Assembly (NCBI GenBank): GCA_002684655.1
Contig: NYVR01000003.1
Location: forward strand, 22,974-86,973
Direction of reading: 5' to 3'
Length of the DNA: 64,000 nt
DNA from: Planctomycetota bacterium
GTDB taxonomy: Bacteria > Planctomycetota > UBA1135 > UBA2386
The position numbers and the translations under genes are program-made. Shown in pieces: positions 1 through 11,745 of this stretch. Within the stretch, counting starts at the first letter, position 1. Each line of letters begins with the position of its first letter. The notes under the pieces were generated by a model that was given only the letters and a program-made list of their open reading frames with translations, made no database searches and was not told where the DNA came from.

Positions 1-1422
<1,422 letters not shown>

Positions 1423-1441
1423 TTGACGGCGTCGTTGTTAG

Positions 1442-1873
1442 ATGCCCGACCACATACAGCCGTTTCACCACGCGTTCCCAGTAGACGATCTGGAGGCGGC
1501 GCGCCGATTTTACGTAGAGCTCCTCGGTTGTGGGGTCGGTCGCTCTAGCGATCTGTGGATGGATTTTGACCTCTTTGGTCACCAGATCGTCGCTCACCAT
1601 GTCGAGCGATCTCAACTTCCAGCCGTCAACCTAAACCCGGTCGACGGGGACGCTGTGCCCGTACCGCACTTTGGCGTGGTGTTGGAGTGGGGGGAGTGGC
1701 ATGCGTTCGCCGAGAGGTTGCGCGATCGCGGCGTCGCATTCGTCATCGAGCCGCGGATTCGGTTCGCGGGGTCCCCGGGCGAGCAAGCGACGATGTTCTT
1801 TCGCGACCCCGCAGGCAACGCCCTTGAGTTCAAATCGTTCCGCGAACCTGGTCAGCTTTTCGCCACGTCATAG
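1442..1873 (+). CDS. VOC (glyoxalase/bleomycin-resistance/dioxygenase fold) family protein
   Basis: 143 aa. [17 protein letters not shown] ... [11 protein letters not shown] pattern is typical of the vicinal-oxygen-chelate fold. Family-level call only. Confidence 0.7.
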   Translation: MPDHIQPFHHAFPVDDLEAARRFYVELLGCGVGRSSDLWMDFDLFGHQIVAHHVERSQLPAVNLNPVDGDAVPVPHFGVVLEWGEWHAFAERLRDRGVAFVIEPRIRFAGSPGEQATMFFRDPAGNALEFKSFREPGQLFATS

Positions 1874-1917
1874 CGCGGGCTGGAACCTTCCTTGCCGTGG
1901 AGCCTTCCACGCCCGCG
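1874..1917 (+). terminator. Imperfect inverted repeat directly after the VOC gene stop; possible terminator hairpin
   Basis: CGCGGGC-T-GGAA (1874-1885) pairs with TTCC-AC-GCCCGCG (1905-1917): 7+4 bp stem with a bulge. No clear U-tract follows. Confidence 0.3.
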
Positions 1918-1952
1918 TCGCCGCAGCTCGAAGAAGGGTCTAGTCGCGAGTC

Positions 1953-2582
1953 ATGGCCTCAAGAGATGGCCTGCGATGCGTCGATGACACGGACGTGAAG
2001 GGCATCGAAAAGATCACCTCTGTAAGGCTGGCGGAGATCCTCACTGAGCGGGGCGTGGTCTCCTCGGAGGTCATCACGGACGCCCTCTACGCGCAAGACA
2101 AGGACAGAGAGCCTTTCGCGCAGGTGCTGATCAATGGCGGGCACATTACAGAGTGGGACTTGGCGAAGATCGTCACGGAGAACTTCAACCTGCCGTTCTT
2201 GATGGCCGCGAACCACCAAATCAGTGAAGAAGCGAAGCTCCGCCTCCCTAAGGAATTGCTGTTTGAACACACGATCGTCCCGCTCGACACCTTCGGTGAC
2301 ATTGTGACGATCGTGATGCCTGTGATGCTCTCCTTCGACGACATCGCACAGATCCAAAAAGAGCACAACTGCGATCTCTTCCCGTACGTTGGGTTGGTGT
2401 CCGAGAACCGCAAGCTGTTGAGCCAGCTCTTCGATGACTACTCCAAGTGGTTGGAGTGCGACGCCAAGCGCCGTGAGCAACCTGATGGCCAGGCATCTCT
2501 AAGCGGTGGCAAGGCGGATAGCGATTGGATGAGCATCTTCGACGCGGGCGAAGAGGCGATCCAGCGATCACGCCGCAGCTGA
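1953..2582 (+). CDS. Stand-alone GspE/MshE N-terminal (MshEN/T2SSE_N) domain protein, no ATPase domain
   Basis: 209 aa. RLAEILTERGVVSSEVITDALYAQ, then DKDRE, then PFAQVLINGGHITEWDLAKIVTEN resembles the tandem MshEN motif. No Walker motifs. Confidence 0.6.
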   Translation: MASRDGLRCVDDTDVKGIEKITSVRLAEILTERGVVSSEVITDALYAQDKDREPFAQVLINGGHITEWDLAKIVTENFNLPFLMAANHQISEEAKLRLPKELLFEHTIVPLDTFGDIVTIVMPVMLSFDDIAQIQKEHNCDLFPYVGLVSENRKLLSQLFDDYSKWLECDAKRREQPDGQASLSGGKADSDWMSIFDAGEEAIQRSRRS

Positions 2583-2586
2583 AGTC

Positions 2587-2883
2587 TCACACCTCACGCT
2601 CGGCCTCCGGGTCATTCGCGGCTGCCATAGCTTGTCGCTCTAGGTCCTCGACGCTGATAACGCGCGATCTCAGAATTTCTTCGGCGCGCTTCGCTGCGTC
2701 TGTCGGGACCATGACCCGGACGTTGCTGATGTTCATCATCCGCTGGCTCATAGCGAACTCGTCGGCTGCCGAATCCCCGTCGACGAACGCAGGGATGCCT
2801 TCGGATCTCAGCACAGCTACGTAGATCTTGGCCTGCGCAGGGGTGCTCGCGACAGCGATGATGCGGCTGATAGGTTGGCTCAA
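2587..2883 (-). CDS. DUF2007-like small protein (putative signal-transducing fold)
   Basis: 98 aa. KIYVAVLRSEGIPAFV ... VRVMVPTDAAKRAEEIL. TTG start overlaps the upstream tatA-like stop (TTGA, 2880-2883). Confidence 0.5.
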   Translation of the reverse strand: MSQPISRIIAVASTPAQAKIYVAVLRSEGIPAFVDGDSAADEFAMSQRMMNISNVRVMVPTDAAKRAEEILRSRVISVEDLERQAMAAANDPEAEREV

Positions 2884-3284
2884 GATTCGTCTCCATCTTT
2901 ATCACCACCATCACGCGACGACGGCTCGGGGGACGGGTCTTCAACCTCAACAACAGGCTCATCATCACCGTCAGGGTCGATGGATGTCGACATCACCTCG
3001 TGGGTGAGGTCGCTCAGCGCGCCGGTCGGGTTGCTGACAGCGCGCGGAACCTTCGCGACATTTTTGACCTCACGCGCGGTGTCCGTGATCGCCTTTTTGA
3101 CGCCACCGATCTCTCCGTCTCGGTCGAGTTGATACTTGAAGTCCTGAAAGCTTCGCTTGAGCTGGGCGACGACCCGGCCGAGGCTCCGACCCGCATCAGG
3201 AAGGTTCCTGCCGTAGAGCAACAAACCGACGAAGAAGAGCAGGCCCATTTCCTGCCAGCCAAGCGATGAGAAGAGGGCGATCAC
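2880..3284 (-). CDS. tatA: Twin-arginine translocase TatA/TatE-family subunit
   Basis: 134 aa. N-terminal TM helix plus amphipathic helix (GLLFFVGLLLYGRNLPDAGRSLGRVVAQLKRSF), followed by an acidic/Pro-rich tail. Confidence 0.75.
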   Translation of the reverse strand: MIALFSSLGWQEMGLLFFVGLLLYGRNLPDAGRSLGRVVAQLKRSFQDFKYQLDRDGEIGGVKKAITDTAREVKNVAKVPRAVSNPTGALSDLTHEVMSTSIDPDGDDEPVVEVEDPSPEPSSRDGGDKDGDES

Positions 3285-3499
3285 GAGCGCTCCATCATAG
3301 CGCCAACAGCTCGCCGTAGGCCGGCGTCCCTTGGATCGCGACGTTGCGGTGTCATCGCAGGCGTCCCTACGCGCCGCGTCCTGTCTCGTTACGGCGCGCG
3401 CCGAGAGGTGGTAGCGCCTAGCTCTGCGAGAGAGCCTGGCACGGATGGGTTCTAAGGACTGGACCAGGGTGCCCCGTCTCCATACGTTCTTCCGCCCAC

Positions 3500-5092
3500 A
3501 TGAGCGCCAAACCGATCTTCTCCGTAGAGAAGCTGACCAAGAGCTATCAGGGCAAGAAGCCTGTCCTGAACGACATCAGCCTCGTCTTCTTAGAGGGCGC
3601 CAAGATCGGCGTCATTGGCCAGAACGGCGCGGGTAAGTCGACGCTGCTCCGCATCATGGCTGGCGACGACAAGGAGTATGAAGGCGTGGCTCGATTGGCC
3701 GACGGTAAGACCGTTGGCTATGTGCCGCAGGAGCCCAAGTTGATCGAGGACTTGACGGTTCGCGAGAACGTCGAGAAGGCCGTGGAGCCTATCCGCGACC
3801 TGCTCAAGCAGCACGAAGAGGTCTCGATGAAGCTGGGTGAAGACTTGGCGGCGGACGCCATGGACAAGGTCATGGCCGACTTTGAGCGACTGCAAAATGA
3901 GATCGAAGCCAAAGACGCGTGGGAGATCGACCGCTACGTCGAGACCGCGATGACAAAGCTCCACCTGCCGCCCGGCGATAAAAACGTCGCTGACTGCTCA
4001 GGCGGTGAGCGTCGCCGCGTAGCGCTCTGCAGGACGCTCTTGGAGTCGCCAGACCTGTTGCTGCTCGACGAACCAACCAACCACCTCGACGTTGAGACCG
4101 TCCGATGGCTGGAGGAACAGCTCGCCAACTACAAAGGCACGGTTGTCGTTATCACTCACGACCGATTCTTCTTGGACAACGTAGTTGGTTGGATGCTCGA
4201 GGTTTGGCATGGCCGCGCCATTCCGTACGAAGGCAACTACTCGGAGTACTTGATCCAGCGGGCCAAACGGATGGCGTCACAGGAGCAGGCGCAGCAAAAG
4301 CGCGCGAAGTTCCTTGAACGCGAGCTCGATTGGATCCGCATGAACCCGAAAGCGCGCGCGACAAAGAACAAGTCGCGTCTGAAGAACTACGACAAGATGG
4401 TCGAGGAGGAGATCGAGCAGTCGGACGACTCTGTCGAGCTGCAGATCCCAGCTGGTAAACGCCTCGGCGACACGATCATTCGCTTTGAGAAGGTCTACTT
4501 CTCATACGATGGGGACACGGACGTCTTAGAGAACGTCTCGTTCGACATGCAGCCAGGAGACATCCTGGGGATTGTTGGACCCAACGGCACGGGCAAGACG
4601 ACGTGCCTCAAGCTGATCACTGGCAAGTTAGAGCCACAGCAAGGGAAGGTCACGGTGGGTAAGACGGTCGATCTGTGCCACGTTGACCAGGAGCGGGAGA
4701 CGTTAGATCCCGAGCGGACTGTTTGGGAGGAGATCGCTGACAGTCAAGACATCATCAAGTTGGGCAAGCAGGAGATGAACAGCCGCAGCTACGTGGCGAA
4801 GTTCAACTTCACCGGACCGGATCAACAGCAGACGGTAGGGTCCCTCTCGGGTGGTCAGCGCAACCGGGTCCAGCTTGCAAAGATGCTCCGTCGTGGCGGC
4901 AACATGATCTTGTTGGACGAACCCACTAACGACTTGGACCTCGACACGCTGCGGGTCCTCGAAGAGGGCATTCAAAACTTTCCCGGTTGTATGGTGATCG
5001 TCTCCCACGACCGCTACTTCCTCGACCGCGTGTGCACCAAAATCCTGGATCTCGGCAACTACGAGCCGGGCAAGTTCTTGGATAGCCTGTGA
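3500..5092 (+). CDS. ettA: ABC-F ATPase, EttA-type (energy-dependent translational throttle)
   Basis: 530 aa. Two ABC cassettes: GQNGAGKST...LSGGERRRVAL...LLLDEPTNHLD and GPNGTGKTT...LSGGQRNRVQL...ILLDEPTNDLD. No TM domain. Confidence 0.85.
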   Translation: MSAKPIFSVEKLTKSYQGKKPVLNDISLVFLEGAKIGVIGQNGAGKSTLLRIMAGDDKEYEGVARLADGKTVGYVPQEPKLIEDLTVRENVEKAVEPIRDLLKQHEEVSMKLGEDLAADAMDKVMADFERLQNEIEAKDAWEIDRYVETAMTKLHLPPGDKNVADCSGGERRRVALCRTLLESPDLLLLDEPTNHLDVETVRWLEEQLANYKGTVVVITHDRFFLDNVVGWMLEVWHGRAIPYEGNYSEYLIQRAKRMASQEQAQQKRAKFLERELDWIRMNPKARATKNKSRLKNYDKMVEEEIEQSDDSVELQIPAGKRLGDTIIRFEKVYFSYDGDTDVLENVSFDMQPGDILGIVGPNGTGKTTCLKLITGKLEPQQGKVTVGKTVDLCHVDQERETLDPERTVWEEIADSQDIIKLGKQEMNSRSYVAKFNFTGPDQQQTVGSLSGGQRNRVQLAKMLRRGGNMILLDEPTNDLDLDTLRVLEEGIQNFPGCMVIVSHDRYFLDRVCTKILDLGNYEPGKFLDSL

Positions 5093-5243
5093 GATAGATC
5101 GCGCCGCCGGGTCGTCGCTTTTGGATCCGTAGCGCTGAGATTGGCGCGCGTCGATGGCCAACCGAACCTCGGCGAGGACGGCGGTGGAGCCGGGCGGTTT
5201 GCGCTTGGCGGACGTTCTGCGAAGCTGGAACATCGCCCGCAAC

Positions 5244-6266
5244 ATGAGAAGCACACTCTTTGCGGTCGCTGTCGCGACGTGCGCGATCGGTATTCGGAGT
5301 CAGGATCAGGTCACGCTCAGCAACGGCGACGTCGTCCACGGCAAGGTCGTCACGATGGCCGAGGGCAAGGTGACGATCCGATCAGCCTTGATGGGCGACG
5401 TCACCGTATCGATCACTGAGGTGATTGACTTAAAGACGGGCGACAAGGTGACCTTGAAGACCAACGAAGGTCGGACACTCCGTCGTCGCGTTGTCGGAAT
5501 CGAAGACGACAACCTCCGCCTCGATGGCGATGTGGAGGGTGGGGGATTGCTCGTGGCGAACATCGACATGATCAATCCGCCGGCGGACGACGCGCCGAAG
5601 TGGAGCGGATCCCTTAAGACGACCGCTCTATACACGAGCGGAAACACGCGTCGTGAATCCGTTGGGGTGTTGTTCGACGCGTCCCGATCGACCAAGAAGG
5701 ATCGCATCACCGTCGACGCGATCTGGAACTACGGAACCGATGAGGATGTCGCAACCGACGTGAAGACGCTGACACAGCGTCGCGCCGGTGGCGGCGTGAA
5801 ATACGACTTCTTCCTGAATGAGGGGTGGTATGCGCTCGGCACGGCGCGGGCGTTGGGCGACACACTCGCCGATCTTCAGCTTCGCTTTACGAGCGGTCTT
5901 GGCTTGGGATACACGATCATCGACGACGGCGTGACAACGCTCTTGTCTGAAGCGGGTCTCTCTTACTACATCGAGGACTACCGCACGTCCGGTCTCGCGT
6001 CGCAAGAGACCGTTTCGCTGCGGATCTCGTACAGGCTTGAGCACCAGATCAGCGAGGAAACCAAGTTGGTCCACAGGGTTGAGGCGTTCCCCTCCATCGA
6101 AGACGGTGAAGACTTCTACCTCCAAGCTGTCACCGAGCTGACGACCTCGTTGACCGACAGCATGGTCGCGTCTGTTGCGCACACAATTGACTACGACAAC
6201 ACGCCTGCTACCGGGCGCAAGAACGCCGACAACCGCGTTCTACTCACCGTCGGCTGGACCTTCTAG
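5244..6266 (+). CDS. DUF481 (YdiY-like) outer-membrane beta-barrel protein with N-terminal extra domain
   Basis: Signal peptide MRSTLFAVAVATCAIGIRSQ from ATG 5244 (the track ORF starts at 5154). The C-terminal part, WSGSLKTTALYTSGNT...VLLTVGWTF, is DUF481-like and ends in an aromatic residue. Confidence 0.6.
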   Translation: MRSTLFAVAVATCAIGIRSQDQVTLSNGDVVHGKVVTMAEGKVTIRSALMGDVTVSITEVIDLKTGDKVTLKTNEGRTLRRRVVGIEDDNLRLDGDVEGGGLLVANIDMINPPADDAPKWSGSLKTTALYTSGNTRRESVGVLFDASRSTKKDRITVDAIWNYGTDEDVATDVKTLTQRRAGGGVKYDFFLNEGWYALGTARALGDTLADLQLRFTSGLGLGYTIIDDGVTTLLSEAGLSYYIEDYRTSGLASQETVSLRISYRLEHQISEETKLVHRVEAFPSIEDGEDFYLQAVTELTTSLTDSMVASVAHTIDYDNTPATGRKNADNRVLLTVGWTF

Positions 6267-8767
6267 TAGACGTAGCCGAACCGCTGGTCGGCCGCCGCGC
6301 CGCCGAAACGGCTGCGCCGACCACGCATCCCAGCGAAGGTCGGTTGGAAGTCTAAGCGGAACGTGGCCTCGTCGATGAACGGGTTGTAGGTGGCTGAAAC
6401 ACCAATGATCCAGCTCTGGTCTCTTCTGCTGATGCCGAAGGAGTAGTTGAGCAGCTCGTCGCGTTCGAGATCGCGCTGCGCTCTCCCGAAGAGCGACCAT
6501 CTACCAAAAACTTGAGTTCGCGCGCCAACACCAAGGACACCTTCGAGTTGGTTGTCTTCTCGATACTCAACAGTCCAGTCGAGCCCGGCGACGGGCCCGA
6601 CAGTCAGTTCGGTGTCTGAGGTCTGGACCCCCCTCTTCCAATCGAGGTCACCGTAGTGTGCGAGCACGAACCTCTCGAGCGGCAGCCAATGAAAGCTTGG
6701 TCGAAACAGCACGTCGTAGAACAACAACCCAAGCGTGTCGCCGTTGTTGTCTCGGTCGCGGTTCGGTAGCAAGTCTTGCGCGAGGTCCACGAAAATGACA
6801 TCGCGTGGCTGACGTCCGCTCGCGGTGTCGACCATCTTTTGAACCACGTTTCGCACCTCGAGGCGCACGAGCTCGCGCTCGACGAGCTGGTCGACCGTGT
6901 CGTATCCAAGTCGACGAAGGCGGGTAGCGTCCACGTCGTCATATTGGAAAAGGTCGGTCGGTGAATCATCGACGTGATACCGGTTCCTGTAGGTCAAACG
7001 CGGCGCAATAACGTGTCTCAAGCCGTCACGTTCACCTGCTTGGTTGAGCCAACTCCAGGTTCTGGAGAGCCTTGTTCCGACCTGTACGCCAGCTTCCATC
7101 GCCACGCGCTCCTCCGCGTCACCGGTGGGGGTGTCGTCGAAAAACGTGCCTCGTCCGCTCGCGTAAGGTCGGATGTTAAAAGAGCCGACGCGGAACGGCG
7201 CCGAGAGCTCGATGTGTTGGTCGGCGCGGAGAGAGCGGTCACTCGCGCGCTGCAACGAGCGGTCGTCGTAGGCGCTTCGCCGCTGTCCGACCTGGGTCTC
7301 GAGGTCGAGGACGATGGGTGTCTCCCAAGGAGTCGTTGCCACTGGCTGCGCTAGCCACTGGTATGTCATCACCGGTAGCTCTTCGATGAATCGGTCGGCT
7401 AAGGATCGATCGTCTCGGTAGCTGAAGTCGTTCAGGTTGAAGCGCGTCCCGACGGTAAGCAGGTGGTTTTCATCGGCGTGGTGCAGGTATGCGCTGGTCT
7501 CCGGCAGCTCAGCCCGCCTGTATGGGCCGATATAGAACTCGCTGTAGATAGACGGGTCAGACGATTGGAAGGCTTGCAGGTCGAGGTGGGTTCGCTCGCC
7601 GAGGTGGACGCGGTTCGCTGTCCGCGCGACCGTCCTGAGGGTCTCGTCGACGACGGTGCCGTCGAGGTTGTTGCGGATCTCGCGAACGTTCACACCTCCG
7701 TCATTGAGGTGTAGACCTTCGATCCACCCCTCATAGCGTCCATCGACGCCGTAGGTGAGCCGCGGCTCCATGACGACGCCGCGCTCTTGGATCCAACCGA
7801 CGCCGAGCTCCCACTCACCTCGGAACTCGTCGGCTGGTCGTCCGGTGAGCCACCGGTGCATCGCGCCGCCGGTCTGGTTCCACGGCGCGCCTAGGACGAC
7901 GCCTACTTGTGCGCCGAGTCGGTTTGAGTAACCGCCCGAGACGCTCTTGACCAGGAACGCGCTCTGGTCCCCTGTAAAGATGCGCGCGTCCGGTATAGGC
8001 AGCAAATCGATGCCGCCGAGCTGCAGCGTCTGTCCTCTAGATATGACCTCGAATTCGCCTGGCCGCTCGATGATCTCAGCTTCCCCAACGTGCAACGCTG
8101 CGCTGGGTGTAGAGGAGGTATCCGTCGTGATGGTGAGGTCCTCCCCAACCCAGCGCGGCCCTTGCTTGATCAGACGTGGGCCGCGAACCACCAGCTCCTG
8201 CCGACCAGATCCGTTGGTGATCTGATACCGGATCTCTGCGTTCTCGACGACGATGCGGTCGTCGATTGGAGATATCCACATGCGATCACAACGGAGGACT
8301 TCGACGCCGCGTTGTACGACGACGACGTCACCTTCGCAGTAGAGGTAGCGAAAGAGTCGGAGGGCCTCGTCGCCGACGGCTTCATTGTCGGTTGAGTTGG
8401 CCTGCGGAGCCTCGCCAACGGTCGCCAGCGTCCGCTGCAGGCGTCTCCTTATCGCTTCGGGTGACATGCGCCGCCGCGGCGATGGCTCTGGGAGCCCGCG
8501 AGTCGGCAGGCCTCTCCTCCGGCCGCGGTCGATAGCGCCCTGCATTGTCTCAAGGTCGTGGAGGATGAGCAGGTTGTCTCCGCGGACGGACAACCCGAGC
8601 GCTTCGACGGCGAATCGGAATCCTCCTTGTGCCTGGACCTCGTAATAGTCGTCTCGCTTTCGCGAGCGGAACGCGCCGTTCTGCAGCTGGTAGTCGGCGC
8701 GGTTGTCCTGGGCGTTCGCGACGCAAGCCATCGCGATCGTCGCTATGAACCAGTTGCGGGTCCTCAC
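6263..8767 (-). CDS. lptD: LptD-like LPS-assembly outer-membrane protein (tentative)
   Basis: 834 aa. Signal peptide MRTRNWFIATIAMACVANAQ and a large beta-rich body. GTG start overlaps the stop of the upstream gene (GTGA, 8764-8767) in a string headed by kdsD-kdsC. Called from architecture and context rather than a strong motif. Confidence 0.55.
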   Translation of the reverse strand: MRTRNWFIATIAMACVANAQDNRADYQLQNGAFRSRKRDDYYEVQAQGGFRFAVEALGLSVRGDNLLILHDLETMQGAIDRGRRRGLPTRGLPEPSPRRRMSPEAIRRRLQRTLATVGEAPQANSTDNEAVGDEALRLFRYLYCEGDVVVVQRGVEVLRCDRMWISPIDDRIVVENAEIRYQITNGSGRQELVVRGPRLIKQGPRWVGEDLTITTDTSSTPSAALHVGEAEIIERPGEFEVISRGQTLQLGGIDLLPIPDARIFTGDQSAFLVKSVSGGYSNRLGAQVGVVLGAPWNQTGGAMHRWLTGRPADEFRGEWELGVGWIQERGVVMEPRLTYGVDGRYEGWIEGLHLNDGGVNVREIRNNLDGTVVDETLRTVARTANRVHLGERTHLDLQAFQSSDPSIYSEFYIGPYRRAELPETSAYLHHADENHLLTVGTRFNLNDFSYRDDRSLADRFIEELPVMTYQWLAQPVATTPWETPIVLDLETQVGQRRSAYDDRSLQRASDRSLRADQHIELSAPFRVGSFNIRPYASGRGTFFDDTPTGDAEERVAMEAGVQVGTRLSRTWSWLNQAGERDGLRHVIAPRLTYRNRYHVDDSPTDLFQYDDVDATRLRRLGYDTVDQLVERELVRLEVRNVVQKMVDTASGRQPRDVIFVDLAQDLLPNRDRDNNGDTLGLLFYDVLFRPSFHWLPLERFVLAHYGDLDWKRGVQTSDTELTVGPVAGLDWTVEYREDNQLEGVLGVGARTQVFGRWSLFGRAQRDLERDELLNYSFGISRRDQSWIIGVSATYNPFIDEATFRLDFQPTFAGMRGRRSRFGGAAADQRFGYVY

Positions 8768-11745
8768 TGGCGATAATCTCCGTTATCAGCGGCGTCGACA
8801 TCGGCCGTCGCCTGCCTCGCGCTGCTCGGACCGGTGCTTATCTCCCAGGTGAGGTAGTTGACCGAGATCCTGGGTGAGCGAAGCTCTCGGCCGTCGGGCA
8901 TGGTGATAATCGCGGCGCGCGGGTCGCTGGCGACGCACGTCTCCCGGAGCAGGTCGAGCTCGACCTTGTCAGCGCGCGCCCCGAGCCGCGGCCAGTCCAC
9001 GCGCACGTCTTCTCCGGTGATCCGTGAGACGTCGCCAGTGGTTGTCTGGCGCGTCATCAGGAGCTCTTTAGCGTCGATCTTGATCCCCTGCGGATCGACA
9101 GCCAACGTCGGCAGCAGGCTGGTCGCCTCAACCGGCCCAGTGAAGCGAACGGCGTCTGGATCGACGTATATGTCGCCGCGGCACACCGCCTGCATATGAG
9201 AGAGCATCCCTCGACCGCCTTTCTCATGCAGGGTCATGGTCGGGGACAACATGGTCGATCTTCCTTCGAACGTGCCGAGGGCCGAAAAGCGCACCTCTGC
9301 GTCGTTTTGCAAGCGGACCCTCGCGCCGCGGAGCACGACCTCGCGTTGACCCTGGCGTCGGCGCACCACCGCGGCCACCTGTGAGTCGGGGTCGCCAAGG
9401 AACAACGCAGAGGCGCCGCCTTGGCTTATCAGTAAACGCCGCCCGGTGCCCTCGACGTGGCCTTGCTCCTCGTCATCTAGTTCAAAAGATCGAACCTCAT
9501 CAACCAGCAACCAAGGAGCGGCGAGCGTGTGCGTCGCGAGGCCCGACAACGCGCCGCCGCCGCCGAAGTGAGCGGCGGTAGTCTCGGGGGTAAACACGAA
9601 CGGCAGGATTCGGATCCGCGCGGCTGCACACGTCACAGTAGCCGGTTCTTTTGACGCCGCTTGCGGGAGCACTGCGTAGACGCGAGCTAGGTCGTCATCT
9701 TCTGCACGCGTGTCCACGATCAAGGCGCGGCCACCTGCGTGGTGAACATCGATGTGCGGGCCGCGAAGCTCCACGCTGTAGTCGGCGTCGTGACGCTCGC
9801 TCCTCGAATTGTCGGACCAGCTCCTAGTGAGGCGCGGTAGCCGGTCGCTCTCGCTGAGCTCATTCCACGGTGACTCATCCTTCGTCACTGGCAAGAGCTT
9901 CAGGGAGCGCGGACCGACCTTGAGAATCTTTGGCGCTTGCGCTCGTAGGCGTTCGCCCCCCTGCGCGAACGTTGCTTGGACTGGTAGCCCCAAGACCTCC
10001 AACCTCAAGATGTCCTCACCATGAAGCGTCGCACGTAGCCTGCGGACCTTGCGTAGCTCCGTGTCGCTGTCTTCGAAGTATGCGGTGACTTCTTGGAATG
10101 GCGCCCTGAGGTCTAGCTCTGTTCGCGCGCCTTTTCGGCGGACCTCGCAGCCACCGGCTCCCTCCAGCGAGGAGCTGCCGTAGAGAACTCTATAACGGTG
10201 ATTTCTCCAGGCGGTCTCGTCTTCGTCGCCCGCTGGGCCCATGCGGAGCCGCTCCTCGTCGCCGGCGATCGCGAGGATCATCCCGTCGTTGCCCGAGGCT
10301 TGCTGTGTCGATCTTTGCGCGTCGGCTTGACCTGCAGTATCCGGGTTGCCTTTCATGGCAACGTCACCGAAGCCTTGGACGACCGTGCTGTCCGTGTCTA
10401 ACCGACGGGCTATCAGCATTCCCTCGGAGGCTGTTAGCATTTGTGAACCCCGCTCGACCTCAGCAGCGTCGGTGAGCACTACGACCTGCTGTTGTTGCAG
10501 GCACATCGTTGTCCAACTGGGGAACCCCATCATCACATGGAGCGCGCCAGCGGATTGCCCGGGCCTCACAAGGTGAATGCGTCGCGGTGACCTCCCAACC
10601 AAGAGACCGTCTTGACTGGATGACTCGTCGGTTTCCGTCTGCAAGACCCGCGAAGGTCCGCCGTGGGCTGTGATGACGGCGGGCTCTCCTAGCGGCCCTG
10701 GCCGCAACGTGATGCTTGGCGTCTCGACGCGTAGACCGGGCGTCTCGATCGTCGCAGTCGCTCCTGTGAGGACCAAGCGCTGCCAGATCATGTCGCCGCG
10801 TTGCCTACCTTTAAAAGCTGGTGAGGTGGGGCGTTCTCGCGAGCGGAGAAGCCAACCAGTGAACTGACTGCCGCGCGCGATCGACGCGGTTTGACCACCC
10901 CCTCGTGTGGCATCAGCGGAGCCAAGCTTTGCTTCCTGTAAGCGCAGCTCGACGCGTTCTTCTAGCTTGATTCGCGCGGCCCCCGAGACGAGGTCCTCTA
11001 CGTAGTGCATGCGACCGGCTGCCTGAACCTGCACATCCTCTGAGGTCAATTTTGGATCGGACAGGATGGTGACGGAGGCTTGCTTGAGGCTGCTTGCGCG
11101 GCTGCGGGGCAGCCGTGTCCGCGCACCCCTGCCAGTCAGCTTCGCGGAGCGTCGACCCTCCAGCTCGAGCGTGACCGGTTGGTCCTCAGCTGTCGTTAGC
11201 TGGATTTCCTCGTCGCCGACGTTGACCTTCGCGTCCCCGAGCTCGAGCCGCAAGCCCGCGAGGCGGCTGTCGGGTTCGCTCGTCACCACCGTGTCGCGGA
11301 GGTCGATGGCCTTGCTGTCGCTGATCTTTGGTTGCCCGTCGGCGCCGCGGCCGAGCTCAAGGAAGGCGCGGCTCGCGTTCAATGTGACGGCGTGCTTGTC
11401 GTCGTCGTACAGCTCAAGTTTGACGCCGGTGAGCTGTTGCAGCCCGTCGCCGATCGGTTGGCTGTCTTCTGCGCGGAGTATGAAGACGGTCTCTTTACGG
11501 ACACGGCCGTCGCCTAGGTCGACCTCTCGCTTCTTTGGGTAGACGAGCTTGCCGGACTGTGAAATGGTCGTGTTGACCTTGCCGCCAGCGACGCGGAGTC
11601 CGGGCTTCTGCTCGGGCCTCGGCTTGCTAGGCTCTTCTACTTGCTCGTCTTGTTGCGCGCGGACCGCGACTTCGTCACCGATTGCCACCTTCAGGGCGAT
11701 CAAACCGATCGCTAGCAAGAGCACGAAGGCGGCCAATCGCTTCAC
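8764..11745 (-). CDS. 993-aa membrane-anchored periplasmic protein of unknown function, in the lptC/lptA position
   Basis: Single N-terminal TM (MKRLAAFVLLLAIGLIALKVAIG), then a long beta-rich region with no catalytic motif. GTGA overlaps with kdsC (11742-11745) and lptD (8764-8767). Confidence is for being coding, not for function. Confidence 0.8.
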   Translation of the reverse strand: MKRLAAFVLLLAIGLIALKVAIGDEVAVRAQQDEQVEEPSKPRPEQKPGLRVAGGKVNTTISQSGKLVYPKKREVDLGDGRVRKETVFILRAEDSQPIGDGLQQLTGVKLELYDDDKHAVTLNASRAFLELGRGADGQPKISDSKAIDLRDTVVTSEPDSRLAGLRLELGDAKVNVGDEEIQLTTAEDQPVTLELEGRRSAKLTGRGARTRLPRSRASSLKQASVTILSDPKLTSEDVQVQAAGRMHYVEDLVSGAARIKLEERVELRLQEAKLGSADATRGGGQTASIARGSQFTGWLLRSRERPTSPAFKGRQRGDMIWQRLVLTGATATIETPGLRVETPSITLRPGPLGEPAVITAHGGPSRVLQTETDESSSQDGLLVGRSPRRIHLVRPGQSAGALHVMMGFPSWTTMCLQQQQVVVLTDAAEVERGSQMLTASEGMLIARRLDTDSTVVQGFGDVAMKGNPDTAGQADAQRSTQQASGNDGMILAIAGDEERLRMGPAGDEDETAWRNHRYRVLYGSSSLEGAGGCEVRRKGARTELDLRAPFQEVTAYFEDSDTELRKVRRLRATLHGEDILRLEVLGLPVQATFAQGGERLRAQAPKILKVGPRSLKLLPVTKDESPWNELSESDRLPRLTRSWSDNSRSERHDADYSVELRGPHIDVHHAGGRALIVDTRAEDDDLARVYAVLPQAASKEPATVTCAAARIRILPFVFTPETTAAHFGGGGALSGLATHTLAAPWLLVDEVRSFELDDEEQGHVEGTGRRLLISQGGASALFLGDPDSQVAAVVRRRQGQREVVLRGARVRLQNDAEVRFSALGTFEGRSTMLSPTMTLHEKGGRGMLSHMQAVCRGDIYVDPDAVRFTGPVEATSLLPTLAVDPQGIKIDAKELLMTRQTTTGDVSRITGEDVRVDWPRLGARADKVELDLLRETCVASDPRAAIITMPDGRELRSPRISVNYLTWEISTGPSSARQATADVDAADNGDYRQ

